Shown here one piece after another: positions 23,642-34,366 of a DNA stretch of 64,000 nucleotides. The notes beneath the pieces were generated by a model, which was not told where the DNA came from, made no database searches, and was given only the letters and a program-made list of their open reading frames with translations. The DNA is taken from NCBI RefSeq assembly GCF_022539665.2, contig NC_081331.1, positions 4,836,001-4,900,000 on the forward strand, given 5' to 3'. The position numbers were made by a program, and so were the translations under genes. The DNA is from Daphnia carinata. Taxonomy: Eukaryota. Each line of letters starts with the position of its first letter. The stretch's first letter is position 1.

Positions 23642-25891
23642 TTAGAAGGACTGGCCATTGGCGACTTTGCCGAGACGCGACATCCAAAATTCCTTTTCAA
23701 TCGCGCAGTTCGTCTTTAGCTTGATGTGAGAAAACGGTGATTTCACCTGGAAAGCGTTTTGTGACCTACTTCCTCTGCAGAAGATTTCTATATTAAGTGG
23801 CTTCACTTCGTTTTCGCCCAAGTCGACCAGTTTAAAATTTCCTGCTTCAAACGGCGTCCTGTATACACTGAATCGTTGATTAGGGAGCTGGTGGGTCAGG
23901 ACTAACCCACTGTCAAACAAAAAGGCATACAGCTTCAAACCGTCAACATTTTTAAGCCAACCTTCACATATCAACATGGTAGCTTTTTGAAGTATTGGAT
24001 CAGCCGTACTACAGCTATCTATTTTTGCAATCGCGTTTTTAAAGGTCGCAAGTCCGGTTGCTTCCTCAACTCTTTGTAGAATGTCAGAAAGTTCTTTCAG
24101 ACTTTTTTCTAGCATATGGTGGTCGTCGTGCGCTTCTAGAGTTGATTTTAGTATATCCTTTATCAGTAGAGGTAACTTAAACACGCGTGATCGTGGGGAA
24201 TCCAAAAAGCTCCATAAATCGAGACGGCGCGAAAAATTTGAATTTACGCATTCTGCCAGGAATTTCTCAAAAGGAGAATTGGTTAACTTTTTCTCGTTCA
24301 ATAGGGTTTTAACTTCGACTAATCTCGAACAATAGGCGACGTAATTGTCTAATTTCGGTACAAAATCTTTAATCGCCTCTCCTATGTTCTCAAATCGGCC
24401 GTCTGGTCCAATTGTTTCGGATAGTCTATCTCGCAGTTCGCAGTGGATTGGCAAGAGGGACTCAATTCCTCCAAACATGAGTTCAGCCTCGCTTTTGGAA
24501 AGCAAACCCAAGCTCAATAGTGAGTCGCGATATATGTTTTGGAGCATCGAAAAATCTTCGATTTGATTAATCTCCCCTTGTAGCAGTTCATATATCTTCT
24601 CTTGTCTTGTAAGTTCTGGTTTATCTAAAGACGATGCTATTTCCCTACCATATGTTTCACACCACAAGTAGATCTTTCTCTGCCTTATTGGCTGCGGGGG
24701 TGGCAAACAATATGGTTTTGGTTTGTATTTAGAAGATTGTTTCAGGGATTTTGCAAAGCGCTTCAAAAGCCGTCGTTTGAGGCCTTTTCGTAATTTTAGA
24801 GTTGGTTGCCGTTCAATTTGAGAAGGAGGATTTTTTTCAAAATCCTCAATTTGCTTACATGGTTCTACCGAACCGGCATTTTGCTCCGTGTCCGTGCCGG
24901 TGTCCTCGGTGTCCTGTACGGTAATTTCAGGATGCTGAGGTGCCTGTAGGATTGAGGTCGTCTGGGTTTTTGTCAGGCTTGCAATAGCCCAACGTTCTAG
25001 TGGCTTTTCTTCAACCAGGATCGGGCTGCCAGGCCGGAGTTGGTATTCGCTTATTCGTTTATAAGGGCGGTTAACAATGAAAAGCTTCCTAACCTCAGTG
25101 GCAGTTTCCAAAACCTCTGGCAATGTGTCTTGTAGGCTGATTTTAGGATACAGGGGTGCGTCTAGAATGTGGGGGATCCTTGGTTTTTTCCGATTTGCGA
25201 CAGCCCAACGCTCTGGTGTTGTTTTTTGCTTGTTTTTAGATACAGATGTGGTTCCGCAGTTTTCTGGTTTCACTGTTGGATAATCGAAGCATAGCAGTGC
25301 GGATTCGGACGCATCTGGGTCAATGTCTTTTGTGTCGGAATACGTCAATTGTAATCCGCAGTTTTCTTCAGCGAGGGTCGGGTTGCTGGGCTGGAGTTCA
25401 TCAGTATTCCTAATACTGCTGTACCCACAAGGGCGGTTAGCGCTTAACCGCTTCCAAAATGCAAATGCACGCTGTACATCCGTGGCAGGTTCCAAATCCG
25501 CTGGTAATATGTCATTTACGCTGAATTTTGGATGCTTAGGTGCCTCTGGGTTTCGGGGAGTCCGGTTTTTAGTCAGGCTTGCAGCAGCCCAACATTCTGG
25601 TGGCGTATTTTGCTTGTCTGTAGATACAGATGCGGATCCGCGGTTTTGTGGCATTATTGCTGGATTATTGAAGGATGGCAATGCGAATCCGGAAGCATCT
25701 GGATCTATGTTTTTTGTATCGAAACATTGTATTCCGCGGTTTGCTTCAACGGGGCTCGGGCTGCCCGGTTTGCTTTCCGCTTGTCCTGGTCTGGTGTACT
25801 CACAAGGGCGGTCAACGCTGAACAGCTTCCAACCCAAATAGCTTATCAAAGCAAAGAAGAATAAAACTGTAAATCCAAAAATTGCTTCCAT
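23642..25891 (-). CDS. Intronless chimeric protein (749 aa): N-terminal membrane anchor, three degenerate repeats, NET1/ARHGEF3-like DH-PH RhoGEF
   Basis: LWCETY..., RQEKIYELLQGE, FSRRLDLWSFLDSPRSRVFKLPLLIKDILKST (NET1/ARHGEF3 signature FSRKLDLWxFLDIPRSRLVKYPLLL), and PH segment LICEGWLKN..GLKLYAFLF...LVLT...VYRTP. ATG at 25891 is followed by hydrophobic MEAIFGFTVLFFFALISYLGW. Confidence 0.85.
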   Translation of the reverse strand: MEAIFGFTVLFFFALISYLGWKLFSVDRPCEYTRPGQAESKPGSPSPVEANRGIQCFDTKNIDPDASGFALPSFNNPAIMPQNRGSASVSTDKQNTPPECWAAASLTKNRTPRNPEAPKHPKFSVNDILPADLEPATDVQRAFAFWKRLSANRPCGYSSIRNTDELQPSNPTLAEENCGLQLTYSDTKDIDPDASESALLCFDYPTVKPENCGTTSVSKNKQKTTPERWAVANRKKPRIPHILDAPLYPKISLQDTLPEVLETATEVRKLFIVNRPYKRISEYQLRPGSPILVEEKPLERWAIASLTKTQTTSILQAPQHPEITVQDTEDTGTDTEQNAGSVEPCKQIEDFEKNPPSQIERQPTLKLRKGLKRRLLKRFAKSLKQSSKYKPKPYCLPPPQPIRQRKIYLWCETYGREIASSLDKPELTRQEKIYELLQGEINQIEDFSMLQNIYRDSLLSLGLLSKSEAELMFGGIESLLPIHCELRDRLSETIGPDGRFENIGEAIKDFVPKLDNYVAYCSRLVEVKTLLNEKKLTNSPFEKFLAECVNSNFSRRLDLWSFLDSPRSRVFKLPLLIKDILKSTLEAHDDHHMLEKSLKELSDILQRVEEATGLATFKNAIAKIDSCSTADPILQKATMLICEGWLKNVDGLKLYAFLFDSGLVLTHQLPNQRFSVYRTPFEAGNFKLVDLGENEVKPLNIEIFCRGSRSQNAFQVKSPFSHIKLKTNCAIEKEFWMSRLGKVANGQSF

Positions 25892-26743
25892 TATGGTGGT
25901 TTTAATTTTCCGCTGATAATTTTTCGCTGAATCTGTATTCCTTATGTGCAGTTGCAAGTGCTAATGGCTCATTGTAAACCACCCTTTTCCCTAAAATCCA
26001 ATTTTTTCAATAAATTCTTGTTGCATTTCGATTCCCAACACATATTTTAACATATTTTAACATATTACACACATATTTCAAGTGAAAAAATATCGTAAAA
26101 TGTTATTTGTATTCTTTATTTTTATACAATTGAAAAATCGGATTGAACATGAATTTCATATGCGTTGTTCATAGGGAGAAACCAAAAGGCTTTCACGAAC
26201 GGCTTTTTTTTTCCTTAAAGAAAAAAGTAAGATAATGGCAACAGTGCGAATTTTAAAAACTGGCAATAAACATTGCCAGCGTCTATATGCATAGCTGTCA
26301 GTATTTCTTTGCGTGGATACAAGTTGTTACTTTTTACAGAAATTTTAAGGCGTACGTCCCGAAACGTTGGATCATTAAACGTCGATTCTGACTTTTGAAG
26401 CGTTTGAAGCATCGCCCGTACTTGTTACCGAGTTGTAAAAAGTTTTAAATATATATATCTATACCATTACTGGCAGAGAATAGGGAGCAATAAGGGTTTG
26501 TGTAACCAACCTCTTTGTGTATTTCAAAATTATTCGTGTCATTATCTTTTCTTTGTGACACCTATGTTTGTAATGCTTTTGACGAGATTGGATTCAAATT
26601 TGCAAGTTACCGTTACCTTACATGTCGCAACGATAATTAAAGACAAATTTTTTAACTCACATTTTTCCTTCTAGATTTCGTTTGCTGCTAATGTGGGTGA
26701 TAGTTTAATTGTAAATTTGTTCACCATCTGGCAGAATACACAT

Positions 26744-27832
26744 TTACAAGTTGCAATTGACATTGGCTGGCCAATCACAGATGTCAAAAGGAGCATTGTA
26801 GTAAAGCCCAGCAGCACAATTCTACAGTATGAAAATAGAAACTGATTAGTCCTGATCAGTTTAAGACTCAACAGATTTAAAGACAAGTATGGAAATATGG
26901 TGCTTACGAAGAGGAATGATACTCCATCAATGCAGACATAGTACTGAGAACAGGAATAAGGACTGGAGAAGCTCCCGTTGGGTGCCGGGCACTGGAAATC
27001 GCCCGGTGCTGTGGGTGCTCTAGCTGTCGTTGTCGCTACGCAATTGAATTAGGATTTTTCCCATTTAAAAAAAGGGGGACGAAATGAATAATTAATAACT
27101 TACTTGTACAAGTAGATGCGATGCATGACGATGAAGGAGCGTCGAAGATTCCTCCATTTGGGCAAGTCTATAAGAAAGAACAAAGCGGAGTCAATGGGAT
27201 TTTAGTACCATTTGATTTCGTGTTTACGTGCAAATATCATACCTCTAATGAAGTGGCGTTGTTAGTGCAAACGTAATATTGGGAACTGCATGCACCCTCT
27301 TTAATAGGGAATTTACCATTGGGAGACGGACATGTGAAAGGCGAAAGGCGGTCACCGCAATCCGTTAATTCCTTGAAGTTGCATCCTACATCATTGAAAA
27401 GCAAATAACGTTCAGTGTGCATCACAGCATCAAAATTAACCACAAGAATCTATACCGTAGTAAACGAGATCAAACAATAGGTCGTCTTTACAATGGTACA
27501 AATGAGTTGGGGTGCCACCTGAAGCGCAAATGTAGTACAGTTCGCATTGCGTCTCGTGAGGAGCGACGTAAAGTCCTTCCGGACATTGATAATCAGATAC
27601 ACCCAAATCTATGTCCTTCGATACCACCTTTGAAATAATAAACGATGCCACATGAAGGTAAGACTTCTTGTTTTCAATGCTTAAAAGAAAATTACCTTGG
27701 GTTGTGTTTCTGCTGCGACAAATGCCAAAAGACCTTTTCCAAATCAAATTTGATGATCAGTTCAATAACGGATGGTGAAAAATAAATCAATCCCTGTTTA
27801 CCGTAAATAGCTAGCAGTGCGAGCGCTTTCAT
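26744..27832 (-). CDS. Secreted chitin-binding peritrophin-A (CBM14/ChtBD2) protein 1, 3 domains
   Basis: Signal start MKALALLAIY; six-Cys domains YQCPEG..PHETQCELYYIC, FTCPSPNGKFP..CSSQYYVC and FQCPAPNGSF...CAAGLYYN...CDWPANVNC*. Confidence 0.85.
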
Positions 27833-28736
27833 GTTGTGCAACTGCGGCGTGTTAAAACGCAAGATGATATTAAAATTAAGCGGAAGCTCTCACTTCTGTT
27901 GCCAAGAGGACGAAATGCATAATAACGGAAGGGACGAGGCGTTGGTATTTAAATGGTTCGGTCGGATGCTGTCTTATCAAATAATTTTATCGCTCTTCCT
28001 ACACAGTTAGGCTACGCATTGACATTATAATTGTTTGTGTACTTTGCACGAGAACAAAAAGTCAGTCGGCGGAAATGAAGAGAATTAATCGTGTTCCCCA
28101 ATGAAACACATAGGTTACCTAAATGCCAACTCTGACGTTGGTCGATCAACTTCCCCACAGTAAGGGATTAAATCTTATCTCTATCATCGCGATATGCAAT
28201 AGACTTTCGGAAGCTGCAGTGCAAGTGGACTGATCAGCTCGAATCTAGAATCTTGACCGAAAATGACACAAGCTTAGTAAATACATTAAATCCTGTAGCT
28301 CATGGTTATCACGTTTGTTCGCATGTGTTGCGTGATGTACACGAAATAGCGGTGCGTATTTCTTTTGACGTACACAAGCCAGTTAATCGCAATGGAAATG
28401 TTGATCTAGATTGCTCAATATCTCAGTAGTGCCGACAACCAGTAAACGAATTCCAAAACGAAGCATTTTGTTTTGAAAATTCAAGGCCTAAACAATATCA
28501 ATGAAAGGCTTGAAAGAAAGGTTTTATTGTGACGGTAGTTTACAGAGATGTGTCATTGATATAGTGTGCAACAACCGTATAACTTATAGTGCTTGCAACA
28601 TATTATAATTATTTGATTAATTCAACTATATGGCTATTTAGAAATATGGAGGGAGTCACTAACTGACGTTGGTTTTCTCACTAAGAATTTTTAGATACAT
28701 CGGTAACGGCACACGTTTAGGACTTGATTTTTAGAA

Positions 28737-30629
28737 CTATGGGCCGCCAGTCATTCCGACGAATTTCAGATCCTGTTGGGAAAATAAATGAATATAGACA
28801 TCGACATAAAATTGTTCTTTGATTAAACAATCTTACTCGGAAAAATTCCATGGGATCGAAATAGCAGCCGGGAACGTTAATGGGATCCTCACAGAATTCG
28901 GTGGTGGGGTTAAACACCTGCCCAGCTGGACAGCTCTGGATATAAAAGTTTAATGAAAGACTGTTGTTTTATTAGTATAAGAATAAAAACTTACTGCTAC
29001 AATGTAGTTGCTGCCGGAACAGACATAGTACAAAGTACAGCTTCCGGGATAGGGATAATGGCCGGTACCCGGACAAACGAATGGTGCCTTAGTTGTTGGT
29101 GGCCTTGTGGTTGTGGTTGTGGTTGTTGTTGTTGTTGTAGGTGTTGTTGTTGTTGTAGGTGTTGTCGTTGTTGTAGGTGTTGTCGTTGTTGTAGGTGTTG
29201 TCGTTGTTGTAGGTGTTGTCGTTGTTGTAGGTGTTGTCGTTGTTGTGGGCGTCGTTGTTGTAGTGGGCGTTGTAGTAGTTGTTGCTGGTGTTGTGGTAGT
29301 TGTAGCTGAATTTCAATAGTTCAAATTTCAGTCAATTTCTATAAATTAAATGTGTAACCCTTACTTTTGCACGACGCGTTTTCCGCAGCGACGCAATTGT
29401 TTGTGCTCGGATCAAAGATGGCAGTTCCAGGGCAATTCTGTGAACGGACAAAAAAGCCAAAAAATTACTATTATGAGTTTGCTATTTAAATTCTTTATAC
29501 CTTACCTGTAAATAGGCCGTCCCACCGACACATGAGTAGTAACTATTTCCGCAAGTACCTATATTAATTCCAAGATTTTAATACATTGCCACTTACGCCG
29601 TTAAGCCTGAAAATAAAAGTTTTAAAGCTTATTTTACCTGGAACTGGGTAAAATCCGTCTGGGGTCGGACATACGAATGGTTTTTCTGAAATATGTTGAC
29701 AACATTGAAAATAAATAATGTTTCATTTTTAAAAAAAATATCAAAAAAGAGATAATCTAATTACGACAAGAAGCTTTATCCGGGGATGTGCATACTAGCG
29801 TAGTTGGGTCGAAGACGCTGTCTCCTGGGCAAGTCTAATAGATAATCACACGATTAAATAGCCAGTCTATCGAATAACAATAAACCGAAAACGTACCGAT
29901 ACGTAAGGAGAACCACTGACACAGACGTAATAATCAGCACCGCAAGTGTTGGGAATCGGGTAAAAGCCTTCGGCTGTCGGACAATTAAATGTCGGACCGA
30001 TTGTTGTAGCCGTCGTCGTCGGAGTGGTGAGTGTCGGACGTGTCGTGGTCGTCGTGGTCGTCGTTGATGAGGTAGTAGTCGTTTCTATATCTGGAAGTAT
30101 GTCAAGTTTGATTTCAATTATTTGCATGCACAATTCCAATTGGTTTGATACGACAGCTTACTGCGGCAAGAGGAATCCGCGTAAGGTACGCATTTTTTAA
30201 TTAATGGATCAAAAACATTTCCTGTCCCTGGGCATGTCTATATAAAAGATCGCAATTCATTTCAATTCACAAAAATTTAATGCCAAACGATTTCATTACC
30301 TGGATGTATGGTACTCCTCCTACACATGCATAATAAGTCGCTGTGCATTCACCTTCGATGGCATAGAAACCATCAGCAGCCGGACAAGTGAAACGTTCCT
30401 GATTCTATAAGTCAATAAAAATATTAGAACACGTTCACAAGCCTATAAGTGCATCCAACTTTAGATATAAATTTCGTACCTGTTGCCTTGCCAAAGAGAA
30501 AGCATTGATTTCCAAAAGGAAACCTAATATTTTCATGTAAAATGAAGTCAATTAGTTTCATGGCACTCTTGTTAACCTGACTAGCCACTTACATTGAAAG
30601 AGGATCGTGACAAGGAGCGATTTCAGCAT
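28737..30629 (-). CDS. Chitin-binding peritrophin-A/mucin protein 2, 4 domains with Thr-rich linkers
   Basis: MLKSLLVTILFQ signal; domains FTCPAADG, FNCPTAEG, FVCPTPDG and FVCPGTGH; (TTTTTP)n linker; the last exon is inferred. Confidence 0.85.
29120..29260 (-). repeat. 18-bp coding minisatellite encoding (TTTTTP)n
   Basis: Several perfect tandem copies of gttgtaggtgttgtcgtt. Confidence 0.9.
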
Positions 30630-31978
30630 TGTGGGTAGTAAAGCTCTTCTTTTACAACTGTGCTCCGTGATTGAATTGTCTGAGGTCATATATTTCACTG
30701 TGATGGCTTATCGTATTAAATAAAAAATCACTTGTCAGCGCCATTATCTGGCTTTGACATGTTTTAACTCTTATCAGTTGAAACTGGCAAATAGGAAGAA
30801 GAATTTTCATCGTCGTCATCTTAATAAAAGCTTATTCACCGTGAGCTGAACATGACGCGGTGTATAAGTCATGACACTAGTTCGGCGTTAAACAACCTTG
30901 ACAACTAACTAAGCCCAAATATGTTTTCCCCATAGTTACCGTTCACTAAATCACGTTCTCGATAAATGACCTGTGAAAATCAAAAGTCGAGAGTCCGTTA
31001 GCAATTTTCACGAGGCACACATCAAAACCCAAATATTAAAGCTGTTTGTTTGCCATCTATCCGAGGGACGGAATTCACGACGACTGGTCCTGACATGTTT
31101 ACCTTCATGTCAAACTTTTGGAATTAACCGAATTTATTATTAGCAAATCGTTAGGATTTCCCAACTGATCACGCAACTGAGCCTAAAGAGCAAACACACG
31201 AACCAACACACGTCTTTCTGTCGATGTGGCAGTTTAGCGCATCATTTGTCAATGAGTTTAGGTCTCCCCACCTTGACACCTTTCGAGAAGTTGCAAACCT
31301 TTCCTAGTTTTTTTTTTTTTCTCCACAAATTTGCAAAGGGAAGGGTTCGGTAATAGAAACAGGTGAGCTCCCAGCCCTGGCCAACATTTTCAGCATTACG
31401 TCGCCCTTGGTAAAAAGGCACGCATCGGGAGAAAGGTCCAAATCATCCACGGTTGGTTAGATAAAAAAGAATAAAAGAATAAACAAAAAGGAAGAAAGAG
31501 AAAATCAAACAAAACAACGAAATCCTTCTGTATCTGAAAACAATTATCGTCTGGAATTTTTTCTAAAGGTGCCGTCTTTACAGGCTTATTTGTGTAGACA
31601 CGTAACTTGCTTCACAAGCTTCGGAGAGGGCAATTCTTATTTGTTTCTACGTGATGAAATTACACATTTATGATGTATAAGATTTATCACCAGCCTCACG
31701 AGGCACGCTATCATACACGTACAAGTGTCATTACGACTTTCGTCATTTTATTCGATTTATCACAAGGCATACGCATATAGAAATAAAAGCAACTGGGGAA
31801 CGTATACTTTACATTAAGCTACGTTCACAATATATCAGTTATACAACAAACCAATTATATATAACGCATCTCTGCATTAAAAATTATAGTAAGTACACTT
31901 GTTTGGTGGAGCAAAACAAAGTTTGATTATTATGCTTCAGCGGTGGAAAGCATCTTTAAGAAAAACGGCGTCGTCATT

Positions 31979-33203
31979 CTATTTACCATTGCAGCTAGGG
32001 ACGCTGCTGGGCCAATCGCAAACGCCACCAGCTGGATTGAACACAAGTCCAGACGGACAAGTCTGTCGATAAAATTTGTTAAATTTTAACGTCTCTTAAT
32101 TAAATCTCATTCTACAAAAATGAAGGTGCTTGAGCTATGTAGGCTACGTACGAAAAGGAAGGCGGTGCCGTTGTCACACACGTAGTAATTTGAGCATTGA
32201 GCTGGGTCTGGGTAAGTTCCGTTTGACGGGCAGACGAATGAACCTCCCACGGTTGTTTTGGTGACCACTGTTGTTAAATGGATTGTTGTTGGCGGAATTG
32301 TTGTCGCCGCGGGGGCACTCGTTTTGGTAGCGGATGGCGTTGACAATATTGGCGCACTAGTTGTTGGCGTTGCTGTAAACAAGCGAAACAAAATATTTCT
32401 ATGATATTAAAAATTGTAATTATTGGTCGAGTTGGGACATGACGGGGCAAATTTATGTACGAATCGCCTACCACTCTTGCACGCCAAAGCGTTTGGTGAA
32501 ACACATCGTCTGTTGACCGGCTCGAAGACACCGTAGGATGGACAATACTAGAAGTATGTTTCAATGCATGTCAACAAGAATGTTTACGAGTGCGTGAAGG
32601 ACTATGTTTTAGATTACTTACAGTGGAAAAGGACTGGCCGTCGAGACAAGTGTAGAAATGGGAACTGCAACGGTCCGTGTACTCGGGATAAAACCCGTCA
32701 TCGGGACATGTAATAGGCTTCAGGCTAGGTTGACTAGGTGTTGAGGTTGTGGGTACAGGCTGAACGCTTGTAGCAAACTCTGTGCATCATGTAATACATC
32801 CAATTACGCAACCCTTATTCATTTGTTTAGGCAAAAGCAAAAGCGGTAAACATTATATACCATCCGGTCGGGTACGATTTCCGCAGTACGTTTGATCGGG
32901 CCAGTTGCAGCCGTCATAGACGAGGTCAAATAGCAAATTGGATCTACATTGCCACAGGTAAGTGGGTTCTGTGTTGTAACAGGTGTAGTACAGTTCACAC
33001 CGCTCAGGATGCGGGTAGATGCTGTGGCCTGTTGGGCATTTGAAATCGCTGACACCTAAATTGATGTCAGCAGCACTGAAGACGAACGAGCCTGTACAAG
33101 AAAACAATTGTTTTAGAACTATGACTAGTCTACTTGCAGTTAATTGTTATAACTTACATTGGAAAATGGCAAATGCCAAAAGCATGGAGGACAGCCTATT
33201 CAT
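31979..33203 (-). CDS. Chitin-binding peritrophin-A protein 3, 3 domains
   Basis: MNRLSSMLLAFAIFQ signal; domains FKCPTGHSIYPHPERCELYYTC, ITCPDDGFYP and FVCPSNGTYPDPAQCSNYYVC...CDWPSSVPSC. Confidence 0.88.
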
Positions 33204-34366
33204 TTTGTTCCGGTGTTGGCTTGAAGCGAATTTCAGCGTTCTTTCAAATGCCAATTGCTGCCCGCAATTAATTTCCATCCCACTGTGTTGTACTTCTTTT
33301 ATACAACCCACAATATCCGGACCTTATCAAAAACAATGTTTTATTTCCCCTCACAAAAAGCTTAGGAGACACTCGTCATCAAGCAGTAAAAAGGATTTAA
33401 TGGAATTATTCATTTGCCAACGCTATTATTGTGTCATTTTCTATTCGTTTTACGCAAACACCGTCTGCCACACCTGCAAAAGGTTGCACGCGTAAAGGTC
33501 GATAACTGCGTCATCCCTGTTTCAAATGGATATAGAGAACTTTAAGACTGGCTTGGATAAGCCAAGAAAGTACGTAATCCTGTTTTATTTGTTTCTGAAA
33601 AAGAAGCTTTTGGCACGCACACCTTGTTACGCAGCATCATTTAGCAAAATTCATTGACGTTTGCAAATTCAGGGGATTATTAATATTAGAAATTCTTTCG
33701 GGAACCGTCTCGACGGGCGTTTAATATTTCCCAATAAAAACATTAAAATTATAGTATCAATGACATCCTTGTGCAATATCAGTTTTACGAATGATTCACG
33801 ATTGCCGTCATTCCCGATAAAGAGGCAGTACCGACGCGTGTTTAGCTAAACTTCAAGTTACCTTAAGATCAGATAGGTCTTATGTAGGTGTGCTAAACGG
33901 CATTTATGTTAACTTGCCTCATTAGTCTGGTGAGGTAAACCTATTGCCTTAAAACAATTTATTGTAGGTTGGGCCAAACTTTATATCGATACGATATTGC
34001 TTACGTCAAAACTTTGTACCAGGCTCTTGATAAGCATTATCTAGTTATCGATGGTCGTTGAAGAAATCTGGAATTTGATGAAAGCTCGCAATCAAATCAA
34101 CGTATTCGCTGTCACAAAGAAATGCTACGCAAACAATTTGAGGCGATTCTTTTTGTTTGTATATTTCCTGATGAATAACAGGACTGGACATGTGACGATC
34201 GTATCATTATGGGCAATCAAACAACACGTTGGTTGTTAGATTCATTTAGTAGATATCATAAAGGGATATTTGTTTTTATATAGAAGAGAAAAGCGAAATA
34301 AACTGCTAAGTAATGAATTCGAACAACAACTACGGGGTTCTGATACGCTAGTTCACGCGGTAAAGG

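Noticed and set aside
23094..23687. Short ORFs sharing GGVYKG.DSYGRGA.FEYIF.DVMSK
   Set aside because: They lack ATG starts and the frame is not clearly kept in the copy at about 18000; treated as a non-coding repeat, although an eroded coding origin is not excluded.
15680..26205. Whole block as one giant TIR transposon
   Set aside because: The outer inverted homology fades gradually, and no sharp termini, TSD or transposase were found; kept only as a hypothesis within the main finding.
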